From an uncultured Alphaproteobacteria bacterium (GTDB lineage Bacteria; Pseudomonadota; Alphaproteobacteria; Rhizobiales; Hyphomicrobiaceae): a stretch of 64,000 bases of DNA. Every line of letters begins with the position of its first letter. Position 1 is the first letter of the stretch. The stretch is taken from the NCBI GenBank assembly GCA_963819775.1, contig CAWFXM010000012.1, forward strand, positions 391,319 through 455,318, read 5' to 3'. The notes under the pieces are model-generated. The model worked only from the letters and a program-made list of their open reading frames with translations, searched no databases and was not told the DNA's origin. The position numbers were made by a program, and so were the translations under genes. Below are positions 48,634 to 60,134 of the stretch, piece by piece.

Positions 48634-49757
48634 GCCGGGGACTTTCCGAGAAATGCCGCAAGCGCCGCGACCACGGCGCGATTCTCCGGCTCGGTGCCGA
48701 TGGTCAGGCGAAGTGCATCGGGCAAGCCGTAGCCGGCGACGCGGCGGAGGATGATGCCGCGCCCGCGCAGGAACTCGTCGGCGGCGACCGCTGTCTTGCC
48801 GTCGCGTCCGTCGAAATGCATCAGCAGGAAGTTGGCGACGCTCGGCGTGACGCGAAGCCCGAGCTTTTCGATCTCGGCCGTCAGCCACGCGAGCCAGCGC
48901 TCGTTGTGGACGATCGCCGCCTCCTCGTGGGCGCGGTCCTCGATGGCGGCGACGCCCGCTGCGATCGAGGGCGACGACAGATTGAACGGTCCGCGGATGC
49001 GATTGAGCACGCCCGCGATCTGTTCCGGGCAATAAGCCCAGCCGATGCGCAGCGATGCAAGTCCGTGGATCTTCGAGAACGTGCGCGTCATCACGGTGTT
49101 GGTCGTCGTCGCCACCAGCTCGAGCCCGGCTTCATAGTCGTTGCGGCGCACGTATTCCGAATAGGCCGCATCGAGCACCAGCAGCACTTGTCCCGGCAGC
49201 CCGGCGCGCAGCCGCCGCACCTCGTCGATCGGAATGTAGGTTCCGGTCGGGTTGTTGGGGTTGGCGAGGAACACGACTTTGGTGCGCGGCGTCACCGCGG
49301 CGAGGATCGCGTCGACGTCGGTCTTGAGGTTTTTTTCCGGCGCGATGACAGGGACAGCCCCGCAGGCGAGAATGGCGATGCGGTATACGAGGAAGCCGTG
49401 CGTCGTGTAGATGCCTTCGTCGCCGGGGCCGAGGTAGGCGTGCGCCAGCATGGTCAGCAGTTCGTCCGAGCCCGCGCCGCAGACGATGCGGTCGGCGTCG
49501 AGGCCATAGCGGCGGGCGATGGCCGTGCGCAAGGCCGTGGCTTGGCCGTCGGGGTAGCGCTCCAGATCCTTGGCGGCAGCCTTGTAAGCCTCGATCGCGC
49601 GCGGGCTGGGTCCGAGCGGTGTCTCGTTGGACGAGAGCTTGATCGGCTTCATGCCGCCCGCGATCTTGCTTTCGCCGGGGACGTAGATGTCGATGTCGAG
49701 AATGCCGGGGCGCGGGATGGGCGCGGGCGAGGTCGATGTGGACACGGTCATTTCCAT
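48630..49757 (-). CDS. hisC: Histidinol-phosphate aminotransferase
   Basis: The start is MEMTVSTST. HisC blocks present include [23 protein letters not shown] and a [18 protein letters not shown]-Lys motif. Confidence 0.9.
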   Translation of the reverse strand: MEMTVSTSTSPAPIPRPGILDIDIYVPGESKIAGGMKPIKLSSNETPLGPSPRAIEAYKAAAKDLERYPDGQATALRTAIARRYGLDADRIVCGAGSDELLTMLAHAYLGPGDEGIYTTHGFLVYRIAILACGAVPVIAPEKNLKTDVDAILAAVTPRTKVVFLANPNNPTGTYIPIDEVRRLRAGLPGQVLLVLDAAYSEYVRRNDYEAGLELVATTTNTVMTRTFSKIHGLASLRIGWAYCPEQIAGVLNRIRGPFNLSSPSIAAGVAAIEDRAHEEAAIVHNERWLAWLTAEIEKLGLRVTPSVANFLLMHFDGRDGKTAVAADEFLRGRGIILRRVAGYGLPDALRLTIGTEPENRAVVAALAAFLGKSPA

Positions 49758-49894
49758 GGTTCGAGACGCCCGATTTCTAGGACCGCTTTTTAGGACCGGG
49801 CCCCCCTCAAAGCAAAGGAAAGATTGATGCTTACCCGAGCATGCCGCACCCGCCCCTTGACCCCGGCGTCCCGCTTCCGATATTGCATCGGGAA

Positions 49895-49948
49895 CTCGTG
49901 GTGATTTGGCCGGCCGGCTTGCAGCCACGTTAAACAATTCGCTAAACA
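49895..49948 (+). promoter_or_regulatory. SAM-II (metA-type) riboswitch in the metX leader
   Basis: The sequence is cgtggtgatttggccggccggcttgcagccacgttaaacaattcgctaaa. H-type pseudoknot: CGUGG (49897-49901) pairs with CCACG (49925-49929), and UUUGGC (49905-49910) pairs with GCUAAA (49941-49946). It lies about 50 nt upstream of metX. Confidence 0.65.
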
Positions 49949-49999
49949 GGCCGCGCGCTGCCCGAGCGTCCGGCCTCGTATGTGTGAGCCCGCGCCCGA

Positions 50000-51268
50000 A
50001 TGGCAGATTTCGACATCGGACCTGACACCGACCAGATGGCCGCCGAGACGACGGCCGCTGCGGCCCAAGCTGCGGCACAGGCCGCTGCTTCGCTCGCCGA
50101 AGTGCATCGGCCCACAAGTCTCGTCGCGTCCTTCGCCGAAAGCGAGGCGCTGACGCTCGACAGCGGCCAGACGCTGGGGCCGTTCCAGATCGCATACCAG
50201 ACCTACGGCACGCTCAACGCCGAGAAATCCAACGCCATCCTGATCTGTCACGCGCTGACCGGCGACCAGCACGTCGCCAACCGGCACCCCGTCACCGGCA
50301 AAGCCGGCTGGTGGGAAATCCTGGTCGGGCCGGGCAAACCGATCGACACCGACCGCTTTTTCGTCATCTGCCCGAATATCATCGGCGGTTGCATGGGCTC
50401 GACCGGCCCGGCGTCGATCAACCCCAGGACCGGCAAACCCTACGCGCTCGACTTTCCCGTCATCACCATCGGCGACATGGTCGATGCGCAGGTGCGATTG
50501 ATCGATCACCTGGGAATCCGCGAACTGTTCTCGGTGGTTGGCGGATCGATGGGCGGCATGCAGGTGCTGGAGTGGGCGTCGCGTCACCCCGAGCGCGTGG
50601 CGACCGCGATCCCCATTGCCACGGCGCCGTGGCATTCGGCTCAGAACATCGCGTTCCACGAGGTCGGCCGGCAGGCGGTGATGGCCGATCCGCAGTGGTG
50701 CGAAGGCAATTACATCGACCGCGGCACGCGCCCGGCGCGCGGTCTCGCCGTCGCTCGCATGGCCGCGCACATCACGTATCTCTCGGAGAAGGCACTGGAG
50801 GAAAAGTTCGGCCGCAACCTGCAGAACCGCGCGGCGCGCTCGTTCTCGTTCGACGCCGACTTCAAGATCGAGAGCTATCTGCGCCATCAGGGCTCGACCT
50901 TCGTCGATCGCTTCGACGCCAACAGCTATCTCTACATTACTCGCGCCATGGATTATTTCGACCTCGAAGCCGAGCACGGCGGCATGCTCGCCAACGCCTT
51001 CGCCGGCACCAGGACGCAGTTCTGCATCGTCTCGTTCACGTCCGACTGGCTCTATCCGACGCGCGACAGCAAGGACATCGTCAAGGCGCTCAACGCGGTT
51101 GCCGCCAACGTCTCGTTCGTCGAGATCGAGAGCAGCAAGGGGCACGACGCGTTCCTGCTCGAGGAGCCCGAGTTCTTCGACACCGTGCGCGGCTTCATCG
51201 ACGCGGCGGCGCGCAAGCGCGGCCTTGCCGCACGCGGCCCCGTTGCAGGCGGAAAGGGAGCAGGCTGA
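50000..51268 (+). CDS. metX: Homoserine O-acetyltransferase
   Basis: 422-aa ORF with blocks [16 protein letters not shown] and [12 protein letters not shown] (nucleophile Ser), followed by metW. Confidence 0.9.
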   Translation: MADFDIGPDTDQMAAETTAAAAQAAAQAAASLAEVHRPTSLVASFAESEALTLDSGQTLGPFQIAYQTYGTLNAEKSNAILICHALTGDQHVANRHPVTGKAGWWEILVGPGKPIDTDRFFVICPNIIGGCMGSTGPASINPRTGKPYALDFPVITIGDMVDAQVRLIDHLGIRELFSVVGGSMGGMQVLEWASRHPERVATAIPIATAPWHSAQNIAFHEVGRQAVMADPQWCEGNYIDRGTRPARGLAVARMAAHITYLSEKALEEKFGRNLQNRAARSFSFDADFKIESYLRHQGSTFVDRFDANSYLYITRAMDYFDLEAEHGGMLANAFAGTRTQFCIVSFTSDWLYPTRDSKDIVKALNAVAANVSFVEIESSKGHDAFLLEEPEFFDTVRGFIDAAARKRGLAARGPVAGGKGAG

Positions 51269-51919
51269 TGGCGGACGCGGTGGACCAGATTGCTGCGGCG
51301 GGCGGGCGTTCGCGGGTCGATCATCTGCTGATCGCCGAGATGGTGGCGACCGGGATCGCGCGTGCTCGACGTCGGCTGCGGCGATGGCGCGCTGCTGCAA
51401 CTGCTTACCGATACCAAGGCCGTCGATGGCCGCGGCATGGAATTGACGCGCGAAAAGGTCAATGCGTGCGTGAAGCGCGGACTGTCGGTGATCCAAGGGG
51501 ACGCCGACCGCGATCTTGCCGACTATCCCGATCAGGCGTTCGACTACGCTATTCTGTCGCTGACCATCCAGGCCACGCGCTATCCCAAGACGGTGCTCGA
51601 AAATCTGCTGCGCATCGGCCATCGCGCCATCGTCTCGTTCCCGAACTTCGGGCACTGGAAGATCCGCGGCCAGTTGCTGCTGACCGGCCGCATGCCGATG
51701 ACCGAGAACCTGCCCGAGCCGTGGTATCTGTCGCCCGACGGCCACCTCTGCACCATCAAGGATTTCGCCGATCTCGTGGCCATCGCCGGCGCCGAGGTCG
51801 AGGACGCAGTCGCCTTCAACAGCTCCGGCACGCGCATTCCGATCAAGAACGCATGGTCGATGCAGAACCTCTTGGGCGAGAAGGCCGTGTTCCTGCTGAG
51901 GCGGCGCGACGGGCGTTGA
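51268..51919 (+). CDS. metW: Methionine biosynthesis protein MetW; 1-nt insertion near 51351
   Basis: The ATG at 51268 overlaps the metX stop ([29 protein letters not shown]) and then shifts into ORF 51362-51919 (VLDVGCGDGALL...GHWKIRGQLLLTGRMP). The span is 3n+1. Confidence 0.8.
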
Positions 51920-52000
51920 GTGCTCTCTTGCCTGCGCCTTCGGTTGCCCAGCCGTGCTGGAAGCAAGCCCGCCTCCGGCAGGACCAACCGGCGCGCGCCC

Positions 52001-53122
52001 TCAACCGAGCTGCAAGGCTTCGAGCGGATCTGTGTAGGTCGTGCCGACGGCTTCGGCGACGCTTTGGTGCACGACGCGGCCGCCGTGGACGTTGAGCCCG
52101 GCGCGTAGGTGCGGATCGTCGATCAGAGCTTTGCTCGCACCCTTGCCGGCCAGGGCCATGATGAACGGCAGCGTTGCGTTATTGAGTGCGAAAGTCGAGG
52201 TGCGCGCCACCGCACCCGGCATGTTGGTGACGCAGTAGTGGACGACGCCATCGACGACGTAGGTCGGCGCGGCGTGCGTCGTCGGCTTCGATGTCTCCGA
52301 GCAGCCGCCCTGGTCGATGGCGATATCGACGATGACCGAGCCGCGCGGCATCGCCGCCACCATCTCGCGCGTGATCAGCTTCGGCGCCGCCGCGCCGGGA
52401 ACGAGAACGGCGCCGATGACGAGGTCGGACGCGAGCACGTGTTCCTCCACCGCCGCGCGGGTCGAGAACACGGTATCGACCGAGGCGCCGAACTGCTGGT
52501 CGATCGCGTAGAGCCGCGCCGCGTCGATATCGAGCACGGTGACGCGCGCCTCGAGCCCGATCGCCATGCGCACGGCGTTGATGCCGGCGACGCCGCCGCC
52601 GAGCACGGTGACCTTGGCGGCGGCCACGCCTGCGACGCCACCCAGAAGCACACCACGTCCGCCCTGCTCCATCTCCAGGCAATGCGCGCCGGCCTGCACC
52701 GCCATGCGGCCCGCGACCTCACTCATCGGTGCGAGCAACGGCAGCCCGCCGCGCGCCGAGGTAACCGTCTCATAGGCGATGGCGGTCGCGCCGGACTTGA
52801 TCAGCGCCTTGGCCTGCTTGGGGTCGGCGGCGAGATGGAGATAGGTGAAGAGCGTCTGGCCGGGGCGCAGCATCTTGCACTCGGCGGGCTGCGGCTCCTT
52901 CACCTTGACGATGAGATCGGCGGCCGCGAAAATCTCCTCGGCAGTATCGGCGATGGTCGCGCCGGCCTTGACGTACTCGGCGTCGGAGATGCCTTGCCGC
53001 GCGGCGGCGTCCTTTTCGACCACGACCTCGTGCCCGCGCGCCGTCGCCTCGCGCACCGACGCCGGCGTCATGCCGACGCGATACTCGTGGACCTTGATCT
53101 CCTTCGGCACGCCGATGCGCAT
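52001..53122 (-). CDS. ald: Alanine dehydrogenase
   Basis: The start is MRIGVPKEIKVHEYRVGMTP, with an NAD site VTVLGGGVAGINA. The sequence is Ald-like throughout. Confidence 0.9.
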   Translation of the reverse strand: MRIGVPKEIKVHEYRVGMTPASVREATARGHEVVVEKDAAARQGISDAEYVKAGATIADTAEEIFAAADLIVKVKEPQPAECKMLRPGQTLFTYLHLAADPKQAKALIKSGATAIAYETVTSARGGLPLLAPMSEVAGRMAVQAGAHCLEMEQGGRGVLLGGVAGVAAAKVTVLGGGVAGINAVRMAIGLEARVTVLDIDAARLYAIDQQFGASVDTVFSTRAAVEEHVLASDLVIGAVLVPGAAAPKLITREMVAAMPRGSVIVDIAIDQGGCSETSKPTTHAAPTYVVDGVVHYCVTNMPGAVARTSTFALNNATLPFIMALAGKGASKALIDDPHLRAGLNVHGGRVVHQSVAEAVGTTYTDPLEALQLG

Positions 53123-53312
53123 CTGTCGTCCTCCTTCGCTGGTCCCCGAGAGTTGGGCCGAGTGCGGACGGGATGCAAGTGCTGCGGCAGGCGAGGATTG
53201 GGTTGAAATCACCTGAAGCGAAGGCCAAGGGCCTTCATGTCGAAGACATGCCTTCAGCATGGCCCCCTGAACCCCATGACAAGGCGCGCGATCTGAGGCC
53301 AAACCCGCCGCT

Positions 53313-53402
53313 GTCATCCCGGCATTTATTGCCGGGATCCATCGTGTAGCTGGCAACGGCGTGCGCGGCACGATGGATCCTGGGCATGAAGCCCGGGATG
53401 AC
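53313..53402. repeat. Palindromic pair of REP-like elements
   Basis: gtcatcccggcatttattgccgggatccatcgtg (53313-53346) faces cacgatggatcctgggcatgaagcccgggatgac (53369-53402). Confidence 0.6.
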
Positions 53403-53426
53403 TAAGGGAGGCGAACGGCGGCGCAC

Positions 53427-56165
53427 TCAGAACCGCTTCAGCAGCCGCTCCAGATAGTCGAGCTCGACGGGCGGGCGGGTGGCTTCGCCGGAGCGGCGGC
53501 GGAGCTCTTCGAGGATTTCGCGGGCGCGCTGCATGTCGATGGCGTCGGGCACCTTGACGGAGGTGCCAGGGATCGGGGCCCTCCGAACGCTGCGGCCGGC
53601 CCATCGGATCGCGCGGGCTGTCGCCGTTCTGGCCGTAGCGCTGCGGCATGTTCTTCATCATCTCTTGCGCCATCGACTGCGCGCCCTGGCGCATCTGGTC
53701 GAGCGCGCGGCCCTGCTCCTCGGTCGCTTCCGACAGGTCGCCCTCTTGTAAGGCGCGCTCGGCGCTTTCCATGGCTTCGCGCGCATCCTCGAGCTGCTGG
53801 CTGTCGCCCATGCCGAGATCGCGCATGTCGCGCTGCAGCTTGCCGAGCTTGTCGCGTAGACCGCTTTGGCGCTGACCGAGCTGGCCCTTCGAGCCGGGCG
53901 TCCGCTGGCCCTGGCCCTGTTGGCCTTCGCCCTGCTGCTGGCCTTGACCCTGCTGCCCTTGCTGCTGGCCCTGGCCGCGCTGTCCCTGTTGACCCTTCTG
54001 GCCTTGTTGCCCCTGCTGTTGGCCGCGTTGCTGGCCTTGGCCCTGCTTGGGCTGGCCTTGCTGCTGGCCGCGCTGCTGACCTTGTCCGCGCTGTTGGCCC
54101 TGCTGATCCTGCTCGCGCATTTCGCTGAAGGTGTCGTCCATCAGCTTCTGCTGCTCGCCGACCATGTTGCCGAGTTCGTCCATCTTCTGCATGGCTTCGC
54201 GGTTCTGCTTCTGCTGCTCCTTGGCCATGCGGCCCGATTGCATGCGCTCCATCAGGTCGCGCATCTCCGACAGCATCTGCTGCGCCTGCTCGCGCGCGCC
54301 GCTCTTGGCCATGTCCTCGATGTTCTTCATCATCCGCTCGAGGTCTTGCTGCGACAGCGTCTGATTGTTCGGGTCGGACCCTTCGGGCATCTCCGACTGG
54401 TTGGCGGCGGCCTCCTTCTGCAGCTCGCGCATGTAGTCGTTCAACGCCTGCTTCATCTCCTGCATGAGCTGGCGGATCTCGTCCTCGGACGCACCGTTTT
54501 CCAGCGCCTTCGACAGCTTCTCCTGCGCGTCCTTGAGGCGCTTCTCGGCGTCGGACAGGTCGCCGTCTTCGATCTTGAGTGCGATGTGCCAAAGCTGCTC
54601 GATGACGCTCTTGCGCCCGGCGCGGGTATTATCGCGCGCGAGGCGATGCTGCGCCGAACGCATCAGCAGGTAGATTTTGGGCTCGACGCCGAAATCCTCG
54701 GGCCCCAATGACAGCGCGGCGAGCGCCTTCAGGACCTCGCCGCGATAGCGCGGATCGTCGACGAGCCTGCGCCGCTGTTCGACGATGGCGCGCGCCAATG
54801 GCTTCTCGAAGCGGCGCTCGGGCATGATGAGTTCAATGGGCGAGCTGAGGCCGGTCTGGCCGGCCACGTCTTTGGCTTCGAGCCGCATGGCGACGCGCAA
54901 TCCCGCCCAAGGATGCTGGCCAAGTTCGAGGTAGGAGTTGCCCTCGACCTCCTTGGCGTTCGGCTTCGGCAGCCGCAGCGCCATGACCGGCGGGCGCTCC
55001 AGCGGCGGGCGCGGGCCCTTCAGAACGTCGCGGCGCGCCCATGCCTTTTTCGGATCGGCGGCGGCGGCCTTGACCTTCTCGAAGCGGGCGGCGGCGGCGG
55101 CCACGCCATAGTCGTCGGTGGCCTTGAAATGCGATCTTCATCGAGCCGCGGGCGGTGCGTTCGAGATCCTTGGTCAGGGTGATGGCGGGTGGCGCGTCGG
55201 GGATCATGGAGAATGTCCACGCCGCGAGTTCCGCGCCGGAGCCCAGCACGCGCAGTTTGCCGCCGCTCTTGAGTTCATAACGGATTTCGGAAACGCCCGA
55301 CGTGCCCGGCAGCTCTGCCGCCTCGCGGCGTTCGGGGCGCGTGCGGTCTGCAGTCTGGGCGCCTTCTGGCGTGATTTCGAGGGCCAGCCGCGAGCGCGGT
55401 CGCGCCGCTCGATCGCACGATCAGAACGCTGCGCTCCGGCGCCTCGATCACGCCGGCCGTGTTGACGACGCCTTGCGCGCCGGGCTTCGAGCCGTCGGCC
55501 AGCATCATCGGCGGGCGCAGCGTGTAGGCGGGCGGTGTGATCCAGGCGTCGAGACGGGCTTCGGCAATCGTGCCGCGCGTGTCGAAGCGGAAAGCCGAGT
55601 GGATGCGGTCGGTCGCGCTGTCGCCAGCAAGCGCGAGCAGCGCTGCGACGCCGAGCAGCATCAGCGGCGCGCAACGCCAAGGGATCATGGCGGTCGGTAG
55701 CGCGGCTCGGGCGGGCCGACGCGGAGCCGCGCCAGCATGTCGGACAGGCGCGCGGCGATGTGCCTGCCAGATCGCCATCGTTTCGGGATTGGTGCGTCCG
55801 GCCGACAGCGTGTCCTCGTAGGACGATGCCGGACGATGCGCGACGCCGGAGCGGCGCTCGATGCGGCGGATGGCTTCCTCGCGCGACGGCCACGGGATGC
55901 GCGCGGCATTGATCAGCGCGGCGATCAGCGCGGTGGCGAAGGCGGCGAGAACGATTTTGTGGGTCAGTGCGCCGAGGTGCGGCCAGATGCCAGCCAGAGA
56001 GACCAAGATAAACAGGCCGATGACGCCGAGGACGAGCCATAGCCGCGGCCACAGCCGCTCGAACGCCAGCGCCCAGGAGCTGAGCTGTGCCTTGCGTTCG
56101 AAGGCGAGGTCGCGTCCCGCGCGCTCAATGTCGCGGCCCGCCCGGCGTATCGTCTCGTCGGTCAT
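53427..56165 (-). CDS. Alphaproteobacterial low-complexity membrane protein (TIGR02302/DUF4175-like, from memory), fragmented by several frame breaks
   Basis: The N-terminal piece is 55275-56210 (MTDETIRRAG.., TM helices). Other pieces lie in 55204-56052 and 55685-55909. The body is 53326-55104 with a Gln/Gly-rich run (QGQQRGQQQGQ...). The true C-terminus ..VELDYLERLLKRF is in a third frame and ends at 53427. Confidence 0.6.
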
Positions 56166-56227
56166 GTTCGACACCCTATCATGGCCTCGCACCGGTAGCG
56201 TAGACCACAACAGATGGATCGATCACG

Positions 56228-57544
56228 TTAACTTGCTGAAAGGATGGCGGGATGCCGGGTGCGCGCCGTCAGGGCTTGGCCAGCCAGCGCGGGCAGCCGG
56301 TCGAGCCCGATCAGGTCGTCGTAGGTGGGGCGCGGGCGGACCACGGCGTACTCCGCGCCATGGACGAGGATTTCGGGGATCAGCAACCGGGAATTGTAGG
56401 TCGATGACATCGCCGCGCCATAGGCCCCCGCCGTCATGACGGCGATGAGTTCGCCGGGCTCGAAGGGGGGCAGCGAGCGGTCGAGCGCCAGATAGTCGCC
56501 GGTCTCGCACACCGGGCCGACGATGTCCTGCGCGACAGGCGGGATCTCGTCCTTCGCCGCGGCCACCGGCCAGATGTCGTGATGGGCCTCGTAGAGGGTC
56601 GGGCGGATCAGGTCGTTCATGGCGGCGTCGACGATGGTGAACGTCTTATCGACGCCCTCCTTGGTGTAGATGACGCGCGTGACCAGGATGCCGGCGTTGC
56701 CGACGATCATGCGGCCGGGCTCGAGCACGATTTTCAAGCCGAGATCGCCGAGCGTCTCGCGGACCACAGCTGCGTAGTCGGCGGGCGACGGCGGCACGTC
56801 GGTCGTGCCGCGATAGGGCACGCCGAGACCGCCGCCGATATCGAGGTGGGCAAGCGTGTGGCCGTCGCGGCGGAGATCGAGCGCGAGCTCGCGCATCAGC
56901 CGGAACGCGTCGCGGAATGGCCCGAGATCGGTGATCTGGCTGCCGATGTGCATGTGGATGCCGGCGACCTCGATGCCCGGCAGCGCCGCGGCCTTGGCGT
57001 AGAGGCGGCGGGCATCGCGGTAAGGAATGCCGAACTTGTTTTCCGACTTGCCGGTCGAGATCTTGGCGTGGGTCTTGGCGTCGACGTCTGGATTGACGCG
57101 GATTGCGATGCGCGCTCGTGTGCCGAGGCTCGACGCGACCTCGGAGAGCTGCGTGAGTTCGGGTTCGCTCTCGACATTGAAGCCGTGAATGCCCTGGCCT
57201 ATGGCGTAAGCCATCTCGTCGCGCGTCTTGCCGACGCCGGCGAAAATGATGCGGCTGGCGGGGACGCCAGCGGCACGCGCCCGGCGCAGCTCGCCCTCCG
57301 ACACCACGTCCATGCCGGCGCCGAGCCGCGCCATGGTGGCGAGTACGGCCTGGTTCGAGTTGGCTTTGACCGCGAAGCAGATCAGCGCGTCGAGCCCGGC
57401 GAACGCCTCGCCGAGTACGCGGTAGTGGCGTTCGAGTGTGGCGGTGGAATAGCAATAGAACGGCGTGCCGACCGCGGCGGCCAAGCGCGCGAGGCTGACA
57501 TCCTCGGCGTGGAGGACGCCGTCCTTGTAGTGGAAATGGTGCAT
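56228..57544 (-). CDS. lysA: Diaminopimelate decarboxylase
   Basis: 438-aa ORF with blocks TPFYCYS, FAVKANSN (PLP Lys), GGGLGVPY and CETGD. Confidence 0.9.
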   Translation of the reverse strand: MHHFHYKDGVLHAEDVSLARLAAAVGTPFYCYSTATLERHYRVLGEAFAGLDALICFAVKANSNQAVLATMARLGAGMDVVSEGELRRARAAGVPASRIIFAGVGKTRDEMAYAIGQGIHGFNVESEPELTQLSEVASSLGTRARIAIRVNPDVDAKTHAKISTGKSENKFGIPYRDARRLYAKAAALPGIEVAGIHMHIGSQITDLGPFRDAFRLMRELALDLRRDGHTLAHLDIGGGLGVPYRGTTDVPPSPADYAAVVRETLGDLGLKIVLEPGRMIVGNAGILVTRVIYTKEGVDKTFTIVDAAMNDLIRPTLYEAHHDIWPVAAAKDEIPPVAQDIVGPVCETGDYLALDRSLPPFEPGELIAVMTAGAYGAAMSSTYNSRLLIPEILVHGAEYAVVRPRPTYDDLIGLDRLPALAGQALTARTRHPAILSAS

Positions 57545-57653
57545 GGATCGAACTGGATCGGTCGAGAGGGATCGAACGGGGCTGGGGCGGTCAGGCGGGC
57601 GGCGAGGAACGAATTTCGCCCTGCTGTCGTATTAGTCCGGCTGGCGCATCAGT

Positions 57654-57860
57654 TTAGCGCACGAGCCCGTCGAGGACGAAACCGCGATGCGGTTTGGGCG
57701 CGGCCGCGGAGTTCGGGCCCGACGCTGCCGCTTCGGCGGACGTCGCCTTGCCTTCGGCCTTGGCTTCGACCGGGGCCTCGAGCGAGCCACGCACGCCGCA
57801 GCCCGACAGCGCGAGAGCCATCAGACCAAGTGCCAGGTAGTGAGCGAGGCCGAGACGCAT
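57654..57860 (-). CDS. Small lipoprotein (LptM/YifL-like position between argH and lysA)
   Basis: Internal start MRLGLAHYLALGLMALALSGCG with a lipobox, then an Ala/Pro-rich tail. 68 aa. Confidence 0.55.
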   Translation of the reverse strand: MRLGLAHYLALGLMALALSGCGVRGSLEAPVEAKAEGKATSAEAAASGPNSAAAPKPHRGFVLDGLVR

Positions 57861-57923
57861 CCAGTATCCCAACGTGCCAATTTTCCGAGCCGGCGGAGCA
57901 AGTGCCCAAGCCAATGTGGATAC

Positions 57924-59346
57924 TTAGCCGGTCTTACCGGCCTTTTCCAACCGCTTCAGCCAACTGCGCGCCATTTTGCGGACATTCTGTGGCGCAGTTC
58001 CCCCATGGCTGACCCGGCTTTTCACGGAATTCTCAACAGATAGAACGGAGTAGACGTCTTTCGAGATGCGCGGCTCGATGGCCCGCATGGCGTCGAGCGG
58101 CAACTGATCGAGGTCTAGGCCCTGCTGCTCGGCCGCTTTGACGATCGAGCCGGTGACGTGGTGCGCGTCGCGGAACGGCAGTTTCAGCTCGCGCACCAGC
58201 CAGTCGGCGAGGTCGGTCGCCGTCGAATAGCCGCGCCCGGCCGACGCCCGCATATTGGCTTCGTTGGGGCTCATGTCCTCGACCATGCGCGTCATCGCGG
58301 TGACGGCGAGGGCCAGGCTCGACAGCGCGTCGAGGGTGACTTCCTTGTCCTCCTGCATGTCCTTCGAATAGGCCAGCGGCAGTCCCTTCATGACGATGAC
58401 GAGGCTCTGGAACGCGCCTGCGATGCGCCCGACCTTGGCCCGGCTCAGCTCGGCGGCGTCGGGGTTGCGCTTCTGCGGCATGATCGAGGAGCCGGTGGTG
58501 AGCCCGTCGCTGAGCTTGATGAAGCCGAACTGCGGCGTCATCCACAGCACGATTTCCTCGGCGAAGCGTGACAGGTGCACGCCGCAGATGGTCGCCGCCG
58601 CCAGCGTCTCGAGCACGAAATCGCGGTCCGATACGCTGTCGAGCGAGTTCGAGGTGGGGCGGTCGAAGCCGAGCGCGGTCGGCGGTCATGTGGCGGTCGA
58701 TCGGAAACGACGTGCCGGCGAGCGCGGCCGCGCCGAGCGGGCATTCGTTGAGCCGTTTGCGGGCGTCGGCGAAGCGCGAGCGGTCGCGGGCGAACATCTC
58801 GACATAGGCCATCAGATGATGGCCGAAGGTGACCGGCTGGGCGGGCTGCAGGTGCGTGAAGCCCGGCATGACCGTGGCGGCGTGCGTTTCGGCCTTGCTC
58901 GCCAGCGCGCCGAGCAGCGCGGCCAGCGCGCCGTCGAACTCGTCGAGGCGGTCGCGGATATAGAGCCGGAAATCGAGCGCCACCTGATCGTTGCGCGAGC
59001 GCGCGGTGTGCAATCGACCGGCTGCCGGGCCGACGATTTCGCGCAGCCGGTTCTCGACGTTCATGTGTACGTCCTCGAGCGCTCGCGAGAACTTGAACGC
59101 GCCAGCCTCGATCTCGTCGAGCACCTGTGTCAGACCCTTGATGATCTCACGCGCGTCGGTCTTCGAGATGATGCCCTGCTCGGCGAGCATGGCGGCGTGC
59201 GCCTTCGAGCCGCGGATGTCTTGCGGCGCCAGCACCTTGTCGAAGCCGATGGAGGCATTTATCTCCTCCATGATCTCGGCGGGCGGCGCCGAGAAGCGTC
59301 CGCCCCACATCTTGTTGGCATTGGCGGAATCGTCGGATTTGGACAC
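57924..59346 (-). CDS. argH: Argininosuccinate lyase; 1-nt insertion near 58680
   Basis: The N-terminal ORF 58033-59346 (MWGGRFS..., good to ..[12 protein letters not shown]) continues in ORF 57924-58616 via [35 protein letters not shown] is present. The span is 3n+1. Confidence 0.9.
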
Positions 59347-59403
59347 GGATCATGCTCCAGAGGGCGGGCCGGACGTCGGATGATCGGAAAAGAGACCAAG
59401 AGA

Positions 59404-60066
59404 ATGGCACGACGCGAACAGACGCCGGAGACGAATTTCAGAACGTTGCTCGGCGTTGGCGCTGTCGCGGCGATCATCGGGTTCGGCGCGGTGTACGTCA
59501 CCATCGGCCGCTCTGACAAGGTGCAGACGCAGGCCGGGGCCGCCACGACCGTTGCGGCAACCGCTTCCACACCTGCTGCTCAGGCCGGATCGGTTGCGGG
59601 GTTGAGCGTCGGCCAGATGACCGCGTTCGTTTTCAAGAAGACGCCCGAGCCGCTGCCCGAAATCAGTTTCACCGATGCCGCGGGCAAGGCCATGACGCTC
59701 GCTGATTTCAAGGGCCGCACGGTGCTGCTGAACCTGTGGGCGACGTGGTGCGCGCCGTGCCGCAAGGAGATGCCCGATCTCGACAAGCTGCAGAAGGAGC
59801 TCGGCTCAGCGTCTTTCGAGGTGGTGGCGCTGAGTGTCGACAGGCAAGGTGCTGATGCAGCAAAGAAATTTCTCGACGGCATCAAGGTTGAAAACCTCAA
59901 GCTCTACATCGATCCGACGGCGCGGGCGGCGACGACGCTGCGCGCGGTGGGCATGCCGACGACGATCCTGATCGACAAGCAGGGCCGCGAGGTCGGTCGA
60001 TTGGTCGGCCCCGCCGAATGGCACTCGGGCGATGCGAAGCGGCTGATCGAGGCGAGCCTGAAATAA
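59404..60066 (+). CDS. tlpA: Thiol:disulfide interchange protein TlpA (membrane-anchored thioredoxin-like)
   Basis: The start is MARREQTPETNF. It has a TM anchor, a WATWCAPCRKEMP active site and GMPTTILID. It is divergent from argH, as in Bradyrhizobium. Confidence 0.8.
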   Translation: MARREQTPETNFRTLLGVGAVAAIIGFGAVYVTIGRSDKVQTQAGAATTVAATASTPAAQAGSVAGLSVGQMTAFVFKKTPEPLPEISFTDAAGKAMTLADFKGRTVLLNLWATWCAPCRKEMPDLDKLQKELGSASFEVVALSVDRQGADAAKKFLDGIKVENLKLYIDPTARAATTLRAVGMPTTILIDKQGREVGRLVGPAEWHSGDAKRLIEASLK

Positions 60067-60099
60067 CAGCGGCCGTCCGGAGGGTGCGGACGGCCGCTG
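60067..60099. terminator. Bidirectional stem-loop between convergent genes
   Basis: cagcggccgtccg (60067-60079), loop gagggtg, cggacggccgctg (60087-60099). Confidence 0.6.
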
Positions 60100-60134
60100 G
60101 CGTCTTGGCGCGCTGGGAGGCGCCGGGCGACGCC

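Noticed and set aside
57924-59346. argH (and likewise dapD, metW and chaC) as true pseudogenes.
   Set aside because: Each carries a single extra base in an otherwise fully conserved reading frame, and the same pattern occurs in many neighbouring genes. Sequence error is more parsimonious, so I annotated them as intact genes with a flagged frame break.
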